Of a stretch of 64,000 bases of DNA, positions 1-10,367 are shown one piece after another. The stretch's first letter is position 1, and every line of letters starts with the position of its first letter. Origin of the DNA: Dehalococcoidia bacterium (lineage in GTDB: Bacteria; Chloroflexota; Dehalococcoidia; Plut-88900). The notes beneath the pieces are model-generated. The model was not told where the DNA came from, did no database searches, and saw only the letters and a list, made by a program, of their open reading frames with translations. The stretch is taken from positions 1,376,001 to 1,440,000 of the forward strand of contig CBDBLV010000005.1 of NCBI GenBank assembly GCA_965207225.1. Direction: 5' to 3'. A program made the translations under genes and the position numbers.

Positions 1-85
1 ATTGATGCCACAGGTAAAGGGCAAGGCGGATGGGAAGATGGTGAACCAGATAGTAGGGGAGCTGCTGGCCGGGAAGTCGGGTTGA
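1..85 (+). CDS. GatB/YqeY domain protein, C-terminal fragment (5' end outside window)
   Basis: Frame 2 reads LMPQVKGKADGKMVNQIVGELLAGKSG*, typical of the YqeY C-terminus. Confidence 0.7.
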   Translation, partial: LMPQVKGKADGKMVNQIVGELLAGKSG

Positions 86-238
86 GAAGTATGAAGTCGG
101 GTGAAGGGACCCGGGCCTGGGTTATTATTGACTCGGGGCTCGGGTCTTTCTTTGTTAAGAAGGAAGTTCACTACTGCCACCCAACATCAGAGACGCGGGT
201 AGAGCAAAGGGAGTTGCCTGAGTGACCGATAGACGCTT

Positions 239-267
239 GAGATTCCTCGCGAGGCCTCGGAATGACA
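239..267. repeat. REP-like palindrome, GATTCC-N-GGAATGAC family
   Basis: GAGATTCCTCGCGAGGCCTCGGAATGACA; related copies at 14495, 15343 and 48761. Confidence 0.7.
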
Positions 268-310
268 GTGCAGTCTCCGCGAGGGGATGACGGGTTACCA
301 AGAACTGACG

Positions 311-1006
311 ATGAGATTTGGTGTAGTGGTGTTTCCGGGGACGTGGAGCGACGTGGACTGCTATCACGTGCTGGATGAGGTGCTGGGGCAGGAGGTCAGC
401 TACGTCTGGCACAAGGAGACGGACCTGTCTTCCTACGATTGCGTGGTCCTGCCGGGCGGGTTTTCGTATGGGGACTACTTGAGGTGCGGGGCCATTGCAC
501 GGTTCTCGCCGGTGATGGAGGCGGTGGTGGACTTTGCGGGGAGGGGTGGGGTGGTAGTCGGGATATGCAACGGTTTCCAGGTGCTGAGCGAGTCGGGGCT
601 GCTGCCTGGGGCTTTGATGAGGAACGACAGCCTGGAGTTCCGGTGCCAGTGGGTTAACCTGCGGGTCGACAACACTGCCACTACGTTTACCAAGAATTGT
701 GGACCGGGGCAGGTGATCCGGGTGCCGATATCCCATGGCGAGGGGCGGTACTACGCCGACGAGTCGACGCTTAAATCGCTTGAAGAGGAGGGTCGGGTGC
801 TTTTCCGGTACTGTGATGATGAGGGGTCGGTGACACCGGAGTCGAACCCCAACGGGTCGTTGAACGGGATAGCGGGCATAGCGAACCGGGAAGGGAATGT
901 GCTGGGGATGATGCCGCACCCGGAGAGATGCTGCGAGCCTTTGCTCGGTGGGACGGACGGGTTATATGTGTTTGAGTCGATTGTCGATACTCTAACGAGG
1001 GTATGA
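311..1006 (+). CDS. purQ: Phosphoribosylformylglycinamidine synthase glutaminase subunit
   Basis: [18 protein letters not shown] and MMPHPER motifs; start placed at [10 protein letters not shown]. Confidence 0.97.
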   Translation: MRFGVVVFPGTWSDVDCYHVLDEVLGQEVSYVWHKETDLSSYDCVVLPGGFSYGDYLRCGAIARFSPVMEAVVDFAGRGGVVVGICNGFQVLSESGLLPGALMRNDSLEFRCQWVNLRVDNTATTFTKNCGPGQVIRVPISHGEGRYYADESTLKSLEEEGRVLFRYCDDEGSVTPESNPNGSLNGIAGIANREGNVLGMMPHPERCCEPLLGGTDGLYVFESIVDTLTRV

Positions 1007-1057
1007 CCGACTTCCCGCGCTAAACTCTCTATATGATTCCGAACAGAACCCTTCCCG

Positions 1058-1912
1058 ATGAATCCGACTGACGCGCCGCACAGCGGAGACAACTGCCCAC
1101 GATTCTGCCGCATGTGCGGCCTGCAACTGGCGCCCGATTGGCGATTCTGCACCCACTGCGGAAGCTCAGTCCTTCCGCAGACAGGTGTTATCGAAAAGGG
1201 AGGGGAAGGGCTCCCTATTCCAGCTAGTCGGGGTGGGGCGGGGTGGGGGGTCAAAGATGTAGCGCTAGGCACGGGCTTTTACATAGTCCAGGCCGTCTCG
1301 ATTCTGGCGATAGTCTACCTAGTAGCCGAGGCTGTAGAAGCCGACTATACGGGCATACCACTGCTGGTTGGGATGTTGCTGGTCCAGCTTGCCCTCCCGT
1401 TGACTGTGTGGATATTCGTTGTCTCGCGTCGCAAGGTCCGGTGGAGTGCTCTAGGGTTGTGGAGGTGGCCGGCTTGGAGGGATGCAGGGTGGGGGGTGGT
1501 AGTGCTGATAGCGGAGATAGCGGTGCAGGTGGCCTACTACGTGGTCCTGGAGAGGGCGGGTGTTGACACGGAAGACCTTTCGCCAACGCCCTTTGTTGAG
1601 GCGGGCAGCGAATACCTGATTGGCCTGGCAATCCTGGCGATTGGGGTTGCGCCCATAGCGGAGGAGCTTTTCTTCAGGGCGTTTGTGTTTGGGGGGCTGG
1701 CGGGGAGGGGGGGATTCTGGTGGGCGGCGACTACAAGCGCTCTTCTTTTCATGGCGGCGCACCTGGAACCGCTCAGTTTCCCGCCGCTCTTCGTCTTGGG
1801 GTTGCTGCTGGCGTGGCTTTATCATAGGACGCGCGCATTGTGGGCGCCGATGCTGGTGCACTTTGGAAATAATGCGATAGCGGTTGGTGTGCTACTTGCT
1901 GATGTCTACTAA
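1058..1912 (+). CDS. CPBP (CAAX/Abi) family intramembrane glutamic protease with N-terminal zinc ribbon
   Basis: CRMCG..CTHCG at N-terminus; EELFFR, FMAAH and HFGNN motifs; multiple hydrophobic helices. Confidence 0.9.
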   Translation: MNPTDAPHSGDNCPRFCRMCGLQLAPDWRFCTHCGSSVLPQTGVIEKGGEGLPIPASRGGAGWGVKDVALGTGFYIVQAVSILAIVYLVAEAVEADYTGIPLLVGMLLVQLALPLTVWIFVVSRRKVRWSALGLWRWPAWRDAGWGVVVLIAEIAVQVAYYVVLERAGVDTEDLSPTPFVEAGSEYLIGLAILAIGVAPIAEELFFRAFVFGGLAGRGGFWWAATTSALLFMAAHLEPLSFPPLFVLGLLLAWLYHRTRALWAPMLVHFGNNAIAVGVLLADVY

Positions 1913-1954
1913 CGAAACTTACGTGCTGATTCAGCACTCTCATAGGAAATCAGA

Positions 1955-4156
1955 ATGCCAGTAAGCAGGGAAGAGCTAGACCAACTGGCGATCTCCGAGG
2001 AAGAGTACGAGCTAGCCGTGGACAAGCTCGGTCGGGAGCCGAACCTGGTGGAGCTGGGGATAATCGGGTCCCTGTGGAGCGAACATTGCAGCTATAAGCA
2101 CTCGAAGCCGTTGCTGAGGATGTTCCCTTCAGACGGTGAGAGGGTGCTGGTGGAGCCCGGAGCCGAAAATGCGGGCGCGGTGGATATCGGGGGTGGGCTG
2201 GCGGTGGTGATGAAGATAGAGTCGCACAACCATCCGTCGGCGATCGAACCGTACCAGGGGGCGGCGACGGGGGTGGGGGGGATAGTGCGAGACATATTCA
2301 CGATGGGGGCAAGGCCCATCGCCCTGCTCAACTCATTGCGTTTTGGGCCGCCCGATACAGCACGAAATCGATACTTGTTCAACGGGGTGGTGGGGGGAAT
2401 AAGCGGGTACGGCAACTGCCTGGGGATCCCGAACGTCGGGGGTGAGGTTGTGTTTTCGCCGACGTACTCGGGGAACCCGCTGGTGAATGCGATGTGCGTC
2501 GGGCTGGTGAGCACGGACGGTCTGTTAAAGGCGCGGGCGGAAGGGACGGGCAACCTGATTTTGCTGGTGGGCGCCGACACGGGCAGAGATGGGATTCATG
2601 GGGCGTCGGGGCTGGCCTCTAGGACGTTCGAGGAGGAGAGGGAACTCAGGCCAACGGTGCAGGTTGGGAACCCGTTCCTGGAGAAGGTGCTCATCGAGGC
2701 CTGCCTGGAGCTTTCGGAAGCCGGTCTGCTGGTGGGGCTGGCTGACCTGGGGGCGGCGGGCCTGACGAGTGCTGCTGTTGAGAGCGCGGGTCGGGCGGGG
2801 AGCGGGGTGGATATAGACGTGGGTCGGGTGCCGCGTCGGGAGGAGGGAATGACGCCTTACGAGGTCATGCTCTCCGAGTCTCAGGAACGGATGCTGCTGA
2901 TCATCTCGCCGGAAAACAAGACTGCGGTCGATAATATTACGGAAAAGTGGGACTTGCACTCGGACGTTATAGGTCGGGTGACGGATGACGGTCGGGTGAA
3001 AATCAGAGACGACGAGCAACTGGTGGCCGATCTGCCTGTGAGTGTACTGACAGATGCGCCACAATACAGAATCGACGGGAAGAAGCCTGAGGGTCTTTCG
3101 GAATTGCAGGACTTTGACTTCGATACGCTGGCTCTGCCCGAGGAGGGGCCGGAGTCGGTGCTGCTGAGGCTTCTGGCGTCGCCGAACGTGGCGAGCAAGG
3201 AGTCGGTATTCAGGCAGTATGACCACCAGGTGATGACGAATACTGTAGTCCCACCGGGGAGCGACGCAGCGCTGATAAGGGTGAAGGGGACCAAGAAGGC
3301 AATATCTCTTTCGACGGATGGGAATGGCCGGTTCTGCTACCTGGACCCGTTTGCGGGGGGCGCCATTGCGGTGGCGGAGGCATCCCGGAATGCTGCGTGT
3401 GTCGGGGCACGGGGGATAGCGGTGACGGACTGCCTGAACTTCGGCAACCCGGAGAAGCCGGAGGTGTACTACCAGTTGGAGGAGTGTGTACGCGGGGTGA
3501 CGGAGGCATGCAAGATCTTCGGGATGCCGGTAATAAGCGGCAACGTGAGCCTGTACAACGAGACGATGGATGAGCCCGTATACCCTACTCCCGTCGCTGG
3601 GGTGCTGGGTCTTCTGGAGGATGTCTCGCTGGTTTGCGGGATGGGGTTCAGGAATGAAGGTGACGTGGTGCTGCTCCTGGGGCCCGCGCCCAGTGCTACG
3701 GGGCTGGGCGGGAGTGAATACCTGGAAGTAGTCCACGAGAAAGTGGCAGGGAAGCCATCGATAGACCTGGAATTGGAAAAACGGGTGCAGGAGTTGTGCG
3801 TGGCGCTAATAGAGGAAGGGATGTTAAATTCAGCGCATGACTGCTCTATGGGTGGTTTGGCAGTGGCGCTGGCGCTCTGTGCGATTCAAGGAGAAATCGG
3901 GATAGAGTGTGAGGTCGGGGGGAAGGGGAGGTGGGATGCGGTGCAGTTTGGGGAAGTGCAGTCGCGGATTGTGGTCTCGGCAAGGCCGGGAGACGTTGAG
4001 AAGGTGAAGGAGATGGCGGAGGGGGCTCGCGTGCCGGTGACGGAGTTTGGGGTGGTGGGGGGAGAACGGTTTAGGATCGGCGTGGACATTGATCTACCCC
4101 TAAATGAGGTTGCCGAAACTTGGAGAAATGGTCTGCTCAAGGCTATGCATCAGTAG
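1955..4156 (+). CDS. purL: Phosphoribosylformylglycinamidine synthase subunit PurL
   Basis: [32 protein letters not shown] and DCLNFGNP motifs. Confidence 0.98.
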   Translation: MPVSREELDQLAISEEEYELAVDKLGREPNLVELGIIGSLWSEHCSYKHSKPLLRMFPSDGERVLVEPGAENAGAVDIGGGLAVVMKIESHNHPSAIEPYQGAATGVGGIVRDIFTMGARPIALLNSLRFGPPDTARNRYLFNGVVGGISGYGNCLGIPNVGGEVVFSPTYSGNPLVNAMCVGLVSTDGLLKARAEGTGNLILLVGADTGRDGIHGASGLASRTFEEERELRPTVQVGNPFLEKVLIEACLELSEAGLLVGLADLGAAGLTSAAVESAGRAGSGVDIDVGRVPRREEGMTPYEVMLSESQERMLLIISPENKTAVDNITEKWDLHSDVIGRVTDDGRVKIRDDEQLVADLPVSVLTDAPQYRIDGKKPEGLSELQDFDFDTLALPEEGPESVLLRLLASPNVASKESVFRQYDHQVMTNTVVPPGSDAALIRVKGTKKAISLSTDGNGRFCYLDPFAGGAIAVAEASRNAACVGARGIAVTDCLNFGNPEKPEVYYQLEECVRGVTEACKIFGMPVISGNVSLYNETMDEPVYPTPVAGVLGLLEDVSLVCGMGFRNEGDVVLLLGPAPSATGLGGSEYLEVVHEKVAGKPSIDLELEKRVQELCVALIEEGMLNSAHDCSMGGLAVALALCAIQGEIGIECEVGGKGRWDAVQFGEVQSRIVVSARPGDVEKVKEMAEGARVPVTEFGVVGGERFRIGVDIDLPLNEVAETWRNGLLKAMHQ

Positions 4157-4263
4157 TTTTGAGCCGATTCGCGTCCTTGTCCCGTTCTGCCAGCGTTATA
4201 TAATTGCCGTTGGGGTGGAAGCCCTACAGACATTGCCAAAATTAGTCGTCTACAGAAAGGTTC

Positions 4264-5463
4264 GTGGCCGAATTGAGAGTGATATTCCTGGAAGAAGTCG
4301 AGAACGTCGCCAAGGCCGGAGACGTAAGAGAAGTCAAGAACGGATACGCCCGAAACTACCTTTTCCCGAAGCAGCTGGCAGTATTAGCCACGCAGGATCA
4401 GATGCGTCGGGTTGAGGCGCTGAAGCGGGCGGAGGCATTGAGGCAGAACAATGCAGAGGCCCGGGCTGCGCTACTGGCACCCAAGCTGGAAGGCTTGTCG
4501 GTGTCTCTAGAGGCCCGGAGCGGCCCGACGGGACGGCTCTACGGATCTATCAACGCGTCGGCTGTGGCGAAAGCGATTTCGGAGGCGTCGGGTGAGGATG
4601 TCGGGGCTAGGGATGTGCTGCTGGAAGAGCCTATCAAGGCTGTCGGGAGCTACGAGGTAACGGTGGGGCTGGGCGCGGAGGTTGAGCCAGTGATCAGGGT
4701 GGAGGTTGTCGAGGCTGAGCCGGCCAAGCCGACGACTAAGCGCAAGGCGAGGGCGTCAAAGGTGAAGGAGGTAGTAGCAGAGGCGGAAACAGTAGTTGAA
4801 GAGGCCACCGTAGCTGAGGCGGTTGAAGAAACCGCTGTCGTCGATGAAGTGGAGGAGGCTCCTGCTTCGGAGCTGGTCGAAGGGGCAGTTACTGCCGAAT
4901 CAACAGAAGCATCTGCCGAGGTAGGGGATGCTCCCATCGCGGAAGATGAAGCAGCGGCCGAGTCTGAGGTTGTTGAAGAGGCCCCTGTTGTCGAGGTAGA
5001 AGAAGAGACCGTTGTTGCGGAAGCGGAAGGCGCGGTTGCCGAAGCGGAGGAGGTGGACGACACAACTGTCGAGGAGGACGCACCAGAGGCAATGGCCGTT
5101 GCGGAGACTCCGGAAGAGGCCCATGCTGCCGAAGGGGAACCCGCGGCCGAAGCTGAAGTAGTTGAAGATGCATATCCTGCGGAAGAAGCGCTTGAGGAAA
5201 CCGTTGCTGAAGTAGTGGAGGAAACCCCGACTGCCGAGGTCATAGAGGAGGCAGTGGTGAGTGATGAGGTGGAAGAGGAGGCCGAAGCAGCTGAGGAAGA
5301 GGCTCCTGTAGAAGAGACTGCCGAGGCGGAGGCAGTGGTGGAAGAGGAAACGAGTGAGGAAGAGGGGACTTCGTCTGACGGGAATGAACCGTCGGCAAAG
5401 GAGTCAGCGGCCGCAGCGGCGGTGCGGCGGGCGAAACGCAGACAGCAACAGGCCGAGCAGTAG
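4264..5463 (+). CDS. rplI: 50S ribosomal protein L9 with long acidic C-terminal extension
   Basis: GDVREVKNGYARNYLFP and GRLYGSI motifs in first ~150 aa; directly upstream of dnaB. Confidence 0.95.
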   Translation: MAELRVIFLEEVENVAKAGDVREVKNGYARNYLFPKQLAVLATQDQMRRVEALKRAEALRQNNAEARAALLAPKLEGLSVSLEARSGPTGRLYGSINASAVAKAISEASGEDVGARDVLLEEPIKAVGSYEVTVGLGAEVEPVIRVEVVEAEPAKPTTKRKARASKVKEVVAEAETVVEEATVAEAVEETAVVDEVEEAPASELVEGAVTAESTEASAEVGDAPIAEDEAAAESEVVEEAPVVEVEEETVVAEAEGAVAEAEEVDDTTVEEDAPEAMAVAETPEEAHAAEGEPAAEAEVVEDAYPAEEALEETVAEVVEETPTAEVIEEAVVSDEVEEEAEAAEEEAPVEETAEAEAVVEEETSEEEGTSSDGNEPSAKESAAAAAVRRAKRRQQQAEQ

Positions 5464-5515
5464 TTTAAGCGCCAAGTTATCCGGGGGAGGCGCCCGATTG
5501 GGCGTCGGGGGATGA

Positions 5516-6889
5516 ATGTACGCGGAAAAGCTGCCGCCACATGATATAGATGCAGAGGACTCTGTTCTGGGGTCGCTGCTCATCAACGGGGAAGCGATTA
5601 ACGAGGTCGCACCCCTGCTGGACGCCGACGATTTCTATCGAGAGTCGAACCGGTGGTGTTATGAAGCGTGCGTCGACCTTTACAACCGGGGCGTGCCTAT
5701 AGACCAGGTCTCGGTTGAAAGCGAGCTAAACCGCAGGCAGCGGCTGACCAATATGGGCGGTGCCGCTTACCTTAGCCACCTGGTTACGGTGGTGCCGACT
5801 TCGGTGCACATCAAGGCCTATGCGGGCATCGTGCGCAGGATGGCGACGATGCGGCGCATCATCGAGTCGGCGGGGCAGATTTCGAAGATCGGGTATGATG
5901 CGGGCCCCGACGAAGAAGAGGCGCTGAGCCGGGCCGAGGACATCCTGTTCCGGCTGAGGAGCGGGCAGAGGTCTCAGGACTTTGTGCACATCCGGGAAGT
6001 CCTGGACGAGTACCTGGAAGAAGGGGGCACATTCACTAGAGACGAGGGAGAAGGACCTCTATCGGTTGCGTTGACGGGGTTTCACAACCTGGACACTCTG
6101 CTGGGAGGACTGCACCGGTCAGACCTGATTATCCTAGCGGCGAGACCGAGCCTAGGGAAGAGCAGCCTGGCGTTGAACATCACACGGACTGCGGCTCTGG
6201 ACCAGGGCGCCCGAGTGGCTGTGTTCAGTTTGGAAATGAACAGAGAGCAAGTGGTGCAGCGTTTGCTTTCCAGTGAGTCGGGAGTGGATACGAGGAACTT
6301 TAGACTTGATGAGTCGGGACTTCAAAAGTTCACGGTGGAAGAATCCGAGAGAGTCGTAGATGCAACAGGTAAATTGGGCGGTGCTCAGATCTATATAGAT
6401 GACTCTCCTAACCTGAATATCGTCGAGCTTCGGAGCAAGGCCAAACGACTTCACAGGGAGCAACCCTTAGACCTGATAATTGTCGATTATATGGGTCTGA
6501 TGCTCCAGCGTGGAGACAACAACGTTGCGGAGATGAGCGAGATATCAAGGCGGCTCAAGTTGCTTGCCAGGGACCTGAACGTGCCGCTGGTGGCGCTGTC
6601 GCAGCTGAGTCGGGCGCCGGAACTCAGACAGGACCACAAGCCGATGCTGTCGGACTTGCGGGAGAGTGGGAGTATCGAGCAGGATGCGGACGTGGTGATG
6701 TTCATATACAAAGCGGATAAGTACTACACGGAGCAGCAGTGGGGGAAGCTGTTCCCCGACGAGATGTACCCGAAGGGAATAGCGGACATCATAGTCGGGA
6801 AGCACAGGAACGGGCCAACGGGGACGATACAGCTGCGGTTCGTGGACCATCTGGCCAAGTTCGAGCCGTTACCGGTGGGTGTGGCTTAG
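5516..6889 (+). CDS. dnaB: Replicative DNA helicase
   Basis: LPPHDIDAE, AARPSLGKS, LSQLSR, SDLRESGSIEQDAD and KHRNGPTG motifs. Confidence 0.98.
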   Translation: MYAEKLPPHDIDAEDSVLGSLLINGEAINEVAPLLDADDFYRESNRWCYEACVDLYNRGVPIDQVSVESELNRRQRLTNMGGAAYLSHLVTVVPTSVHIKAYAGIVRRMATMRRIIESAGQISKIGYDAGPDEEEALSRAEDILFRLRSGQRSQDFVHIREVLDEYLEEGGTFTRDEGEGPLSVALTGFHNLDTLLGGLHRSDLIILAARPSLGKSSLALNITRTAALDQGARVAVFSLEMNREQVVQRLLSSESGVDTRNFRLDESGLQKFTVEESERVVDATGKLGGAQIYIDDSPNLNIVELRSKAKRLHREQPLDLIIVDYMGLMLQRGDNNVAEMSEISRRLKLLARDLNVPLVALSQLSRAPELRQDHKPMLSDLRESGSIEQDADVVMFIYKADKYYTEQQWGKLFPDEMYPKGIADIIVGKHRNGPTGTIQLRFVDHLAKFEPLPVGVA

Positions 6890-6896
6890 GACTCGG

Positions 6897-7613
6897 ATGT
6901 CGGGGTTTGAGGGTTTCAGGGCGAACTCTCAGAAGACGGCGATTCCCAACGTCTTCTTCACCCAACTCATGCCGCAAATCAAGGATGCGGCGGAGCTGAG
7001 AATTGTGCTTCACGTGTTTTGGGCAGTGCAGCAGAAGAAGGGTTCACCCCGATTTGTTACATTCAGGGAATTGCTTGGGGACAAGGTCCTAGGCCCAAGC
7101 CTGGGCAAGGACCTGACGGAGCGGGTGGAGGCATTGGAGTCGGGGTTGAAGGGGGCGGTGGAGAGGGGGGTGTTGATAAGCGCCAGGGTCGAGGCGGAGG
7201 GCCTGGGGCACGAGCTCTATATGCTCAACACCCCTGAGAATGCACGGGCGGTGGAGAGAATGACGGGTGAGGGGGTCAGTGTTCCACCAGTAACGATCGA
7301 GGTATCCGGCGAGGATGCAAAGCCCAACATATACTCTTTGTATGAAAATAACATAGGCCCGCTGACTCCACTAATCTCGGAGGAGATCGAGGCGGCGTTG
7401 CGGCAGTTTTCCGAGGAATGGATAAGGGAGGCAGTACAGGAAGCGGTGCGATACGAGGCCCGGAGCTGGCGTTATATCGAAGCGATCCTTAGAAAATGGA
7501 AGACGGAAGGGAAAACAGGTGGAGCGGCTCGGGGACATTCTGAAACAAGATCGGATACGGACAGGTATTTCAAGGGGAAGTACGGACACCTCGTCAGGCG
7601 AAGGTTTGACTGA
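6897..7613 (+). CDS. DnaD domain replication protein
   Basis: IPNVFFTQLMP N-terminus; IYSLYENNIGPLTP..WRYIEAILRKW DnaB_2/DnaD domain; lies between dnaB and the DnaC-like gene. Confidence 0.88.
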   Translation: MSGFEGFRANSQKTAIPNVFFTQLMPQIKDAAELRIVLHVFWAVQQKKGSPRFVTFRELLGDKVLGPSLGKDLTERVEALESGLKGAVERGVLISARVEAEGLGHELYMLNTPENARAVERMTGEGVSVPPVTIEVSGEDAKPNIYSLYENNIGPLTPLISEEIEAALRQFSEEWIREAVQEAVRYEARSWRYIEAILRKWKTEGKTGGAARGHSETRSDTDRYFKGKYGHLVRRRFD

Positions 7614-8931
7614 AGAGGCTGCCGGTCATCCCGACTGCGAGATATGCAAGGGTATCGGGTGGGTGACGCCCGACGTGTCGTTCGGCCACCCCGATTTCGG
7701 GAAGGCGACACCGTGCAGCTGTCTGAAGGCGGAATGGGAAGAGCGGATCCCGGAACGGCTGGAGCAGTACAGTAATCTCGGGCCTCTGTCCCGACTCACT
7801 TTCGACAACGTAATACCGCAGGGTCGGAGCCCGGACGAAGACAACAAGAGGTTGTTTCAGTCCGCATATGATGCGGCCAAGAGGTATGCGGCCGAGCCTC
7901 GGGGGTGGTTGGTACTCACGGGTAACAGCGGGAGCGGAAAGACACACCTTGCTGCAGCAGTGGCCAATCATTGCATTGGTCTGAGGATTCGAACATTCTT
8001 CATGGTTACTCCCGACCTGCTGGACCATCTGAGGGGAACGTTCGGGCCGAACAGCGAGGTTACATACGATGAACTCTTTGAGCAGGTGCGCAATGTTCCG
8101 CTGCTAATACTCGATGACCTCGGGTCTCAGACCAGCAGCCCATGGGCCGCGGAAAAGCTGTTCCAACTCCTGAATCACCGGTTCAACACTCAACTTCCGA
8201 CGGTGATTACAACTAACATACCACTGGAACGGCTGGACGAGGGCCTGCAAAGCCGCCTGACGGACCCGATGCTTTCGACGGTGATTGAGGTTGAGAGAAG
8301 GTCGTCAGTGCTGAGCTCGATGGACAGCCTGAACCTGGCATTGCCGGCGAACATGACCTTTGAGTCGTTCAAGCCAGGGGGGAGGGGGCTGAAGGGGGAG
8401 GCAAAACAGAATCTGGAGGGCGCTTATAGAGCAGCGCTCAATTTCGCGGAGTCGCTGGACGGCTGGATGGTGTTGATGGGGCCGCCGGGTAGGGGGAAGA
8501 CGCATTTGGCGGCGTCGATAGCGCACTATCACAGGAGTAGGGGGAGGGATGGGCTGTTCATAGTAGTGCCTGACCTTCTCGACTACCTGAGATCCACCTA
8601 TGCGTTAGATTCCCGAATAACTTACGACGAACTGTTCAATAAGGTTAGAACTGTATCGCTGCTAGTTTTGGATGACTATGGAGAGCAGGCAGCGACCCCC
8701 TGGGCGAAAGAGAAGTTGTACCAAATCCTAAATTATCGTTACAACGGCAGGATGCCGACTGTGATAACAACGGCGCTTTCCCCGGATGATATGGATGAAA
8801 GGATAGGCTCGAGGATGGCGGACCCCAGTTTGACGATGCTGTACAGTATCGATCAAGTGCCGGACTACCGGAGTGGGGATGTGAGAGTGGGACGTCCGAG
8901 GCGGGGGGAGGGGATGAGGGGGCGAAGGTAG
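7519..8931 (+). CDS. DnaC/DnaI-like helicase loader with tandem AAA+ (IstB-like) domains
   Basis: CEIC..CSC zinc site; two Walker A motifs (GNSGSGKT, GPPGRGKT) and two Walker B motifs (LLILDD, LLVLDD); start uncertain (7519 or 7606). Confidence 0.88.
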   Translation: MERLGDILKQDRIRTGISRGSTDTSSGEGLTEEAAGHPDCEICKGIGWVTPDVSFGHPDFGKATPCSCLKAEWEERIPERLEQYSNLGPLSRLTFDNVIPQGRSPDEDNKRLFQSAYDAAKRYAAEPRGWLVLTGNSGSGKTHLAAAVANHCIGLRIRTFFMVTPDLLDHLRGTFGPNSEVTYDELFEQVRNVPLLILDDLGSQTSSPWAAEKLFQLLNHRFNTQLPTVITTNIPLERLDEGLQSRLTDPMLSTVIEVERRSSVLSSMDSLNLALPANMTFESFKPGGRGLKGEAKQNLEGAYRAALNFAESLDGWMVLMGPPGRGKTHLAASIAHYHRSRGRDGLFIVVPDLLDYLRSTYALDSRITYDELFNKVRTVSLLVLDDYGEQAATPWAKEKLYQILNYRYNGRMPTVITTALSPDDMDERIGSRMADPSLTMLYSIDQVPDYRSGDVRVGRPRRGEGMRGRR

Positions 8932-8980
8932 CGGTAATGTCTACCGAATTCTGAATTGTCCACACTAAGGCGAAACAACT

Positions 8981-9298
8981 GTGTCCTGCGTATTTTGTGA
9001 CATCATCTCGGGGGTGGAGAGGGCGAATGTGCGCTATGAGGACGAGGAGTTTATCGTCTTCGACAACAAGCTGACCTGGGCGCCGGTGATGCTGCTGGTG
9101 GTGAGGAAGCGGCACATGGACCAGGAGGAGTACTGGCAGGACATGTCGGAGGCGGGGCGGATTGCGGTGGAGATGGGGAAGCGCCATTGCCCCGACGGCT
9201 TCCGCCTGGTGTCCAATTTCGGGGATGACGCGATGCAGAGCCAGGAACATGGGCATCTGCACGTGATCGGGGGGAGGTTTCTCGGGCCCTACGTGTAA
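8981..9298 (+). CDS. HIT family nucleotide hydrolase
   Basis: CVFC N-terminus; HGHLHVIGG histidine triad. Confidence 0.9.
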   Translation: MSCVFCDIISGVERANVRYEDEEFIVFDNKLTWAPVMLLVVRKRHMDQEEYWQDMSEAGRIAVEMGKRHCPDGFRLVSNFGDDAMQSQEHGHLHVIGGRFLGPYV

Positions 9299-9313
9299 CC
9301 CAGGGCTCGAGGG

Positions 9314-10186
9314 CTAGTTCTCGGAGCTGGGCTGCTGGCGCTGGCGTAAGAAGTCTTCCAGGCTCTTGATGATTTCATCAGAGCGAAGGGGTTCCTCTTT
9401 CTCCTCGGGCTGGTGAGAGCTCTCGAGTTGGCGTACGTAACGCTTCAGCTTCGGGTTCTGTTCCAGAGCCTGCTCCACCTGCTTGTCGAGGCGGTCGCCG
9501 CGGCGGCGGAGGTCCTGGATGTCCAAGTCGAGGTCCAGGATGGGCAGAAGACGGCGAAGGACGGCTCGCCATGCCTTCGGGTTGGCGGTGGGGAGGTAGT
9601 GGGGGGTGCCCGTCCAGAGGCTAATGCTGGGGATGCCAAGCTCTTCGCAGGCGTGCTCCAGGACGGCATGGATGGAGGTCGGGCCTTCGTAGTCGGTGAA
9701 CTGGAGGTCGTACTCGGCGAGGTCGTCACGGGCGCCGCTGTCATTTACGGCGGCGGAGACGATGGGCTCCCGTGTGTGTGGGGTGGAGTCGTAGAAACTA
9801 CCGAGTAGGATCAGTTCGTCGGGGTCCTGGTCCTGAAAGGCGGCAAAGAAATCATCGGTGAAACTGCGCCACCTTAGGTGGGGCTCGGTGCCGAGGAAGA
9901 GGATGAGATCGTGTTCGCCGTACAGGTTCTCCCAGTAGTAGAACTCGTTGGTGAGGAAATCAAGGCTCTTGATGACGCCCTCGGAAATCTTGCCGTAGGG
10001 TCGGGCGTTAGTGAAATCGTAAAAGGGGTCGGGGTCCAGTTCGGCGAACTTGGTGGGGTTCAGTTTGCTCTTCAGGTAGGACACTGCTCCCGAAGACACC
10101 TCACCGGCATTGGCCCAACCCGAGAACCCGGCCAGCACCTTGGGTTTCCTGAGTTCTGGCGTTTCCGAGATGATGAGGTTGCTCAT
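9314..10186 (-). CDS. PAC2 (proteasome assembly chaperone) family protein
   Basis: GFSGWANAGE, FYDFTNARP, GTEPHLRW, PHTR, YEGPTSI and PHY motifs. Confidence 0.88.
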   Translation of the reverse strand: MSNLIISETPELRKPKVLAGFSGWANAGEVSSGAVSYLKSKLNPTKFAELDPDPFYDFTNARPYGKISEGVIKSLDFLTNEFYYWENLYGEHDLILFLGTEPHLRWRSFTDDFFAAFQDQDPDELILLGSFYDSTPHTREPIVSAAVNDSGARDDLAEYDLQFTDYEGPTSIHAVLEHACEELGIPSISLWTGTPHYLPTANPKAWRAVLRRLLPILDLDLDIQDLRRRGDRLDKQVEQALEQNPKLKRYVRQLESSHQPEEKEEPLRSDEIIKSLEDFLRQRQQPSSEN

Positions 10187-10367
10187 GGAGAATGCCTATC
10201 AGCCTGCAAATGGACTGGGCCGATATCGGTGCGAGGGGCGAAGGGGCTATCAAAGTCCCTGTTGGTAGTATACCAGCAAGGGGGGAGTCGGTGCTATTTG
10301 GAGAAGCGTCTGCAAAGAAGGAGGGGATGCGATTAGAATTTCGGCTGATCCAAATCCGAGGGATGGA

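Noticed and set aside
91-225. 44-aa ORF upstream of purQ as a candidate purS
   Set aside because: Too short and lacks PurS motifs (DPQG, NPVIE)
4650-5540. Ser/Ala/Thr-rich 296-aa ORF resembling an adhesin
   Set aside because: Antisense mirror of the acidic L9 tail
7519-8931. IS21 IstB / mobile element
   Set aside because: No IstA transposase or terminal repeats; dnaB-dnaD context indicates a helicase loader
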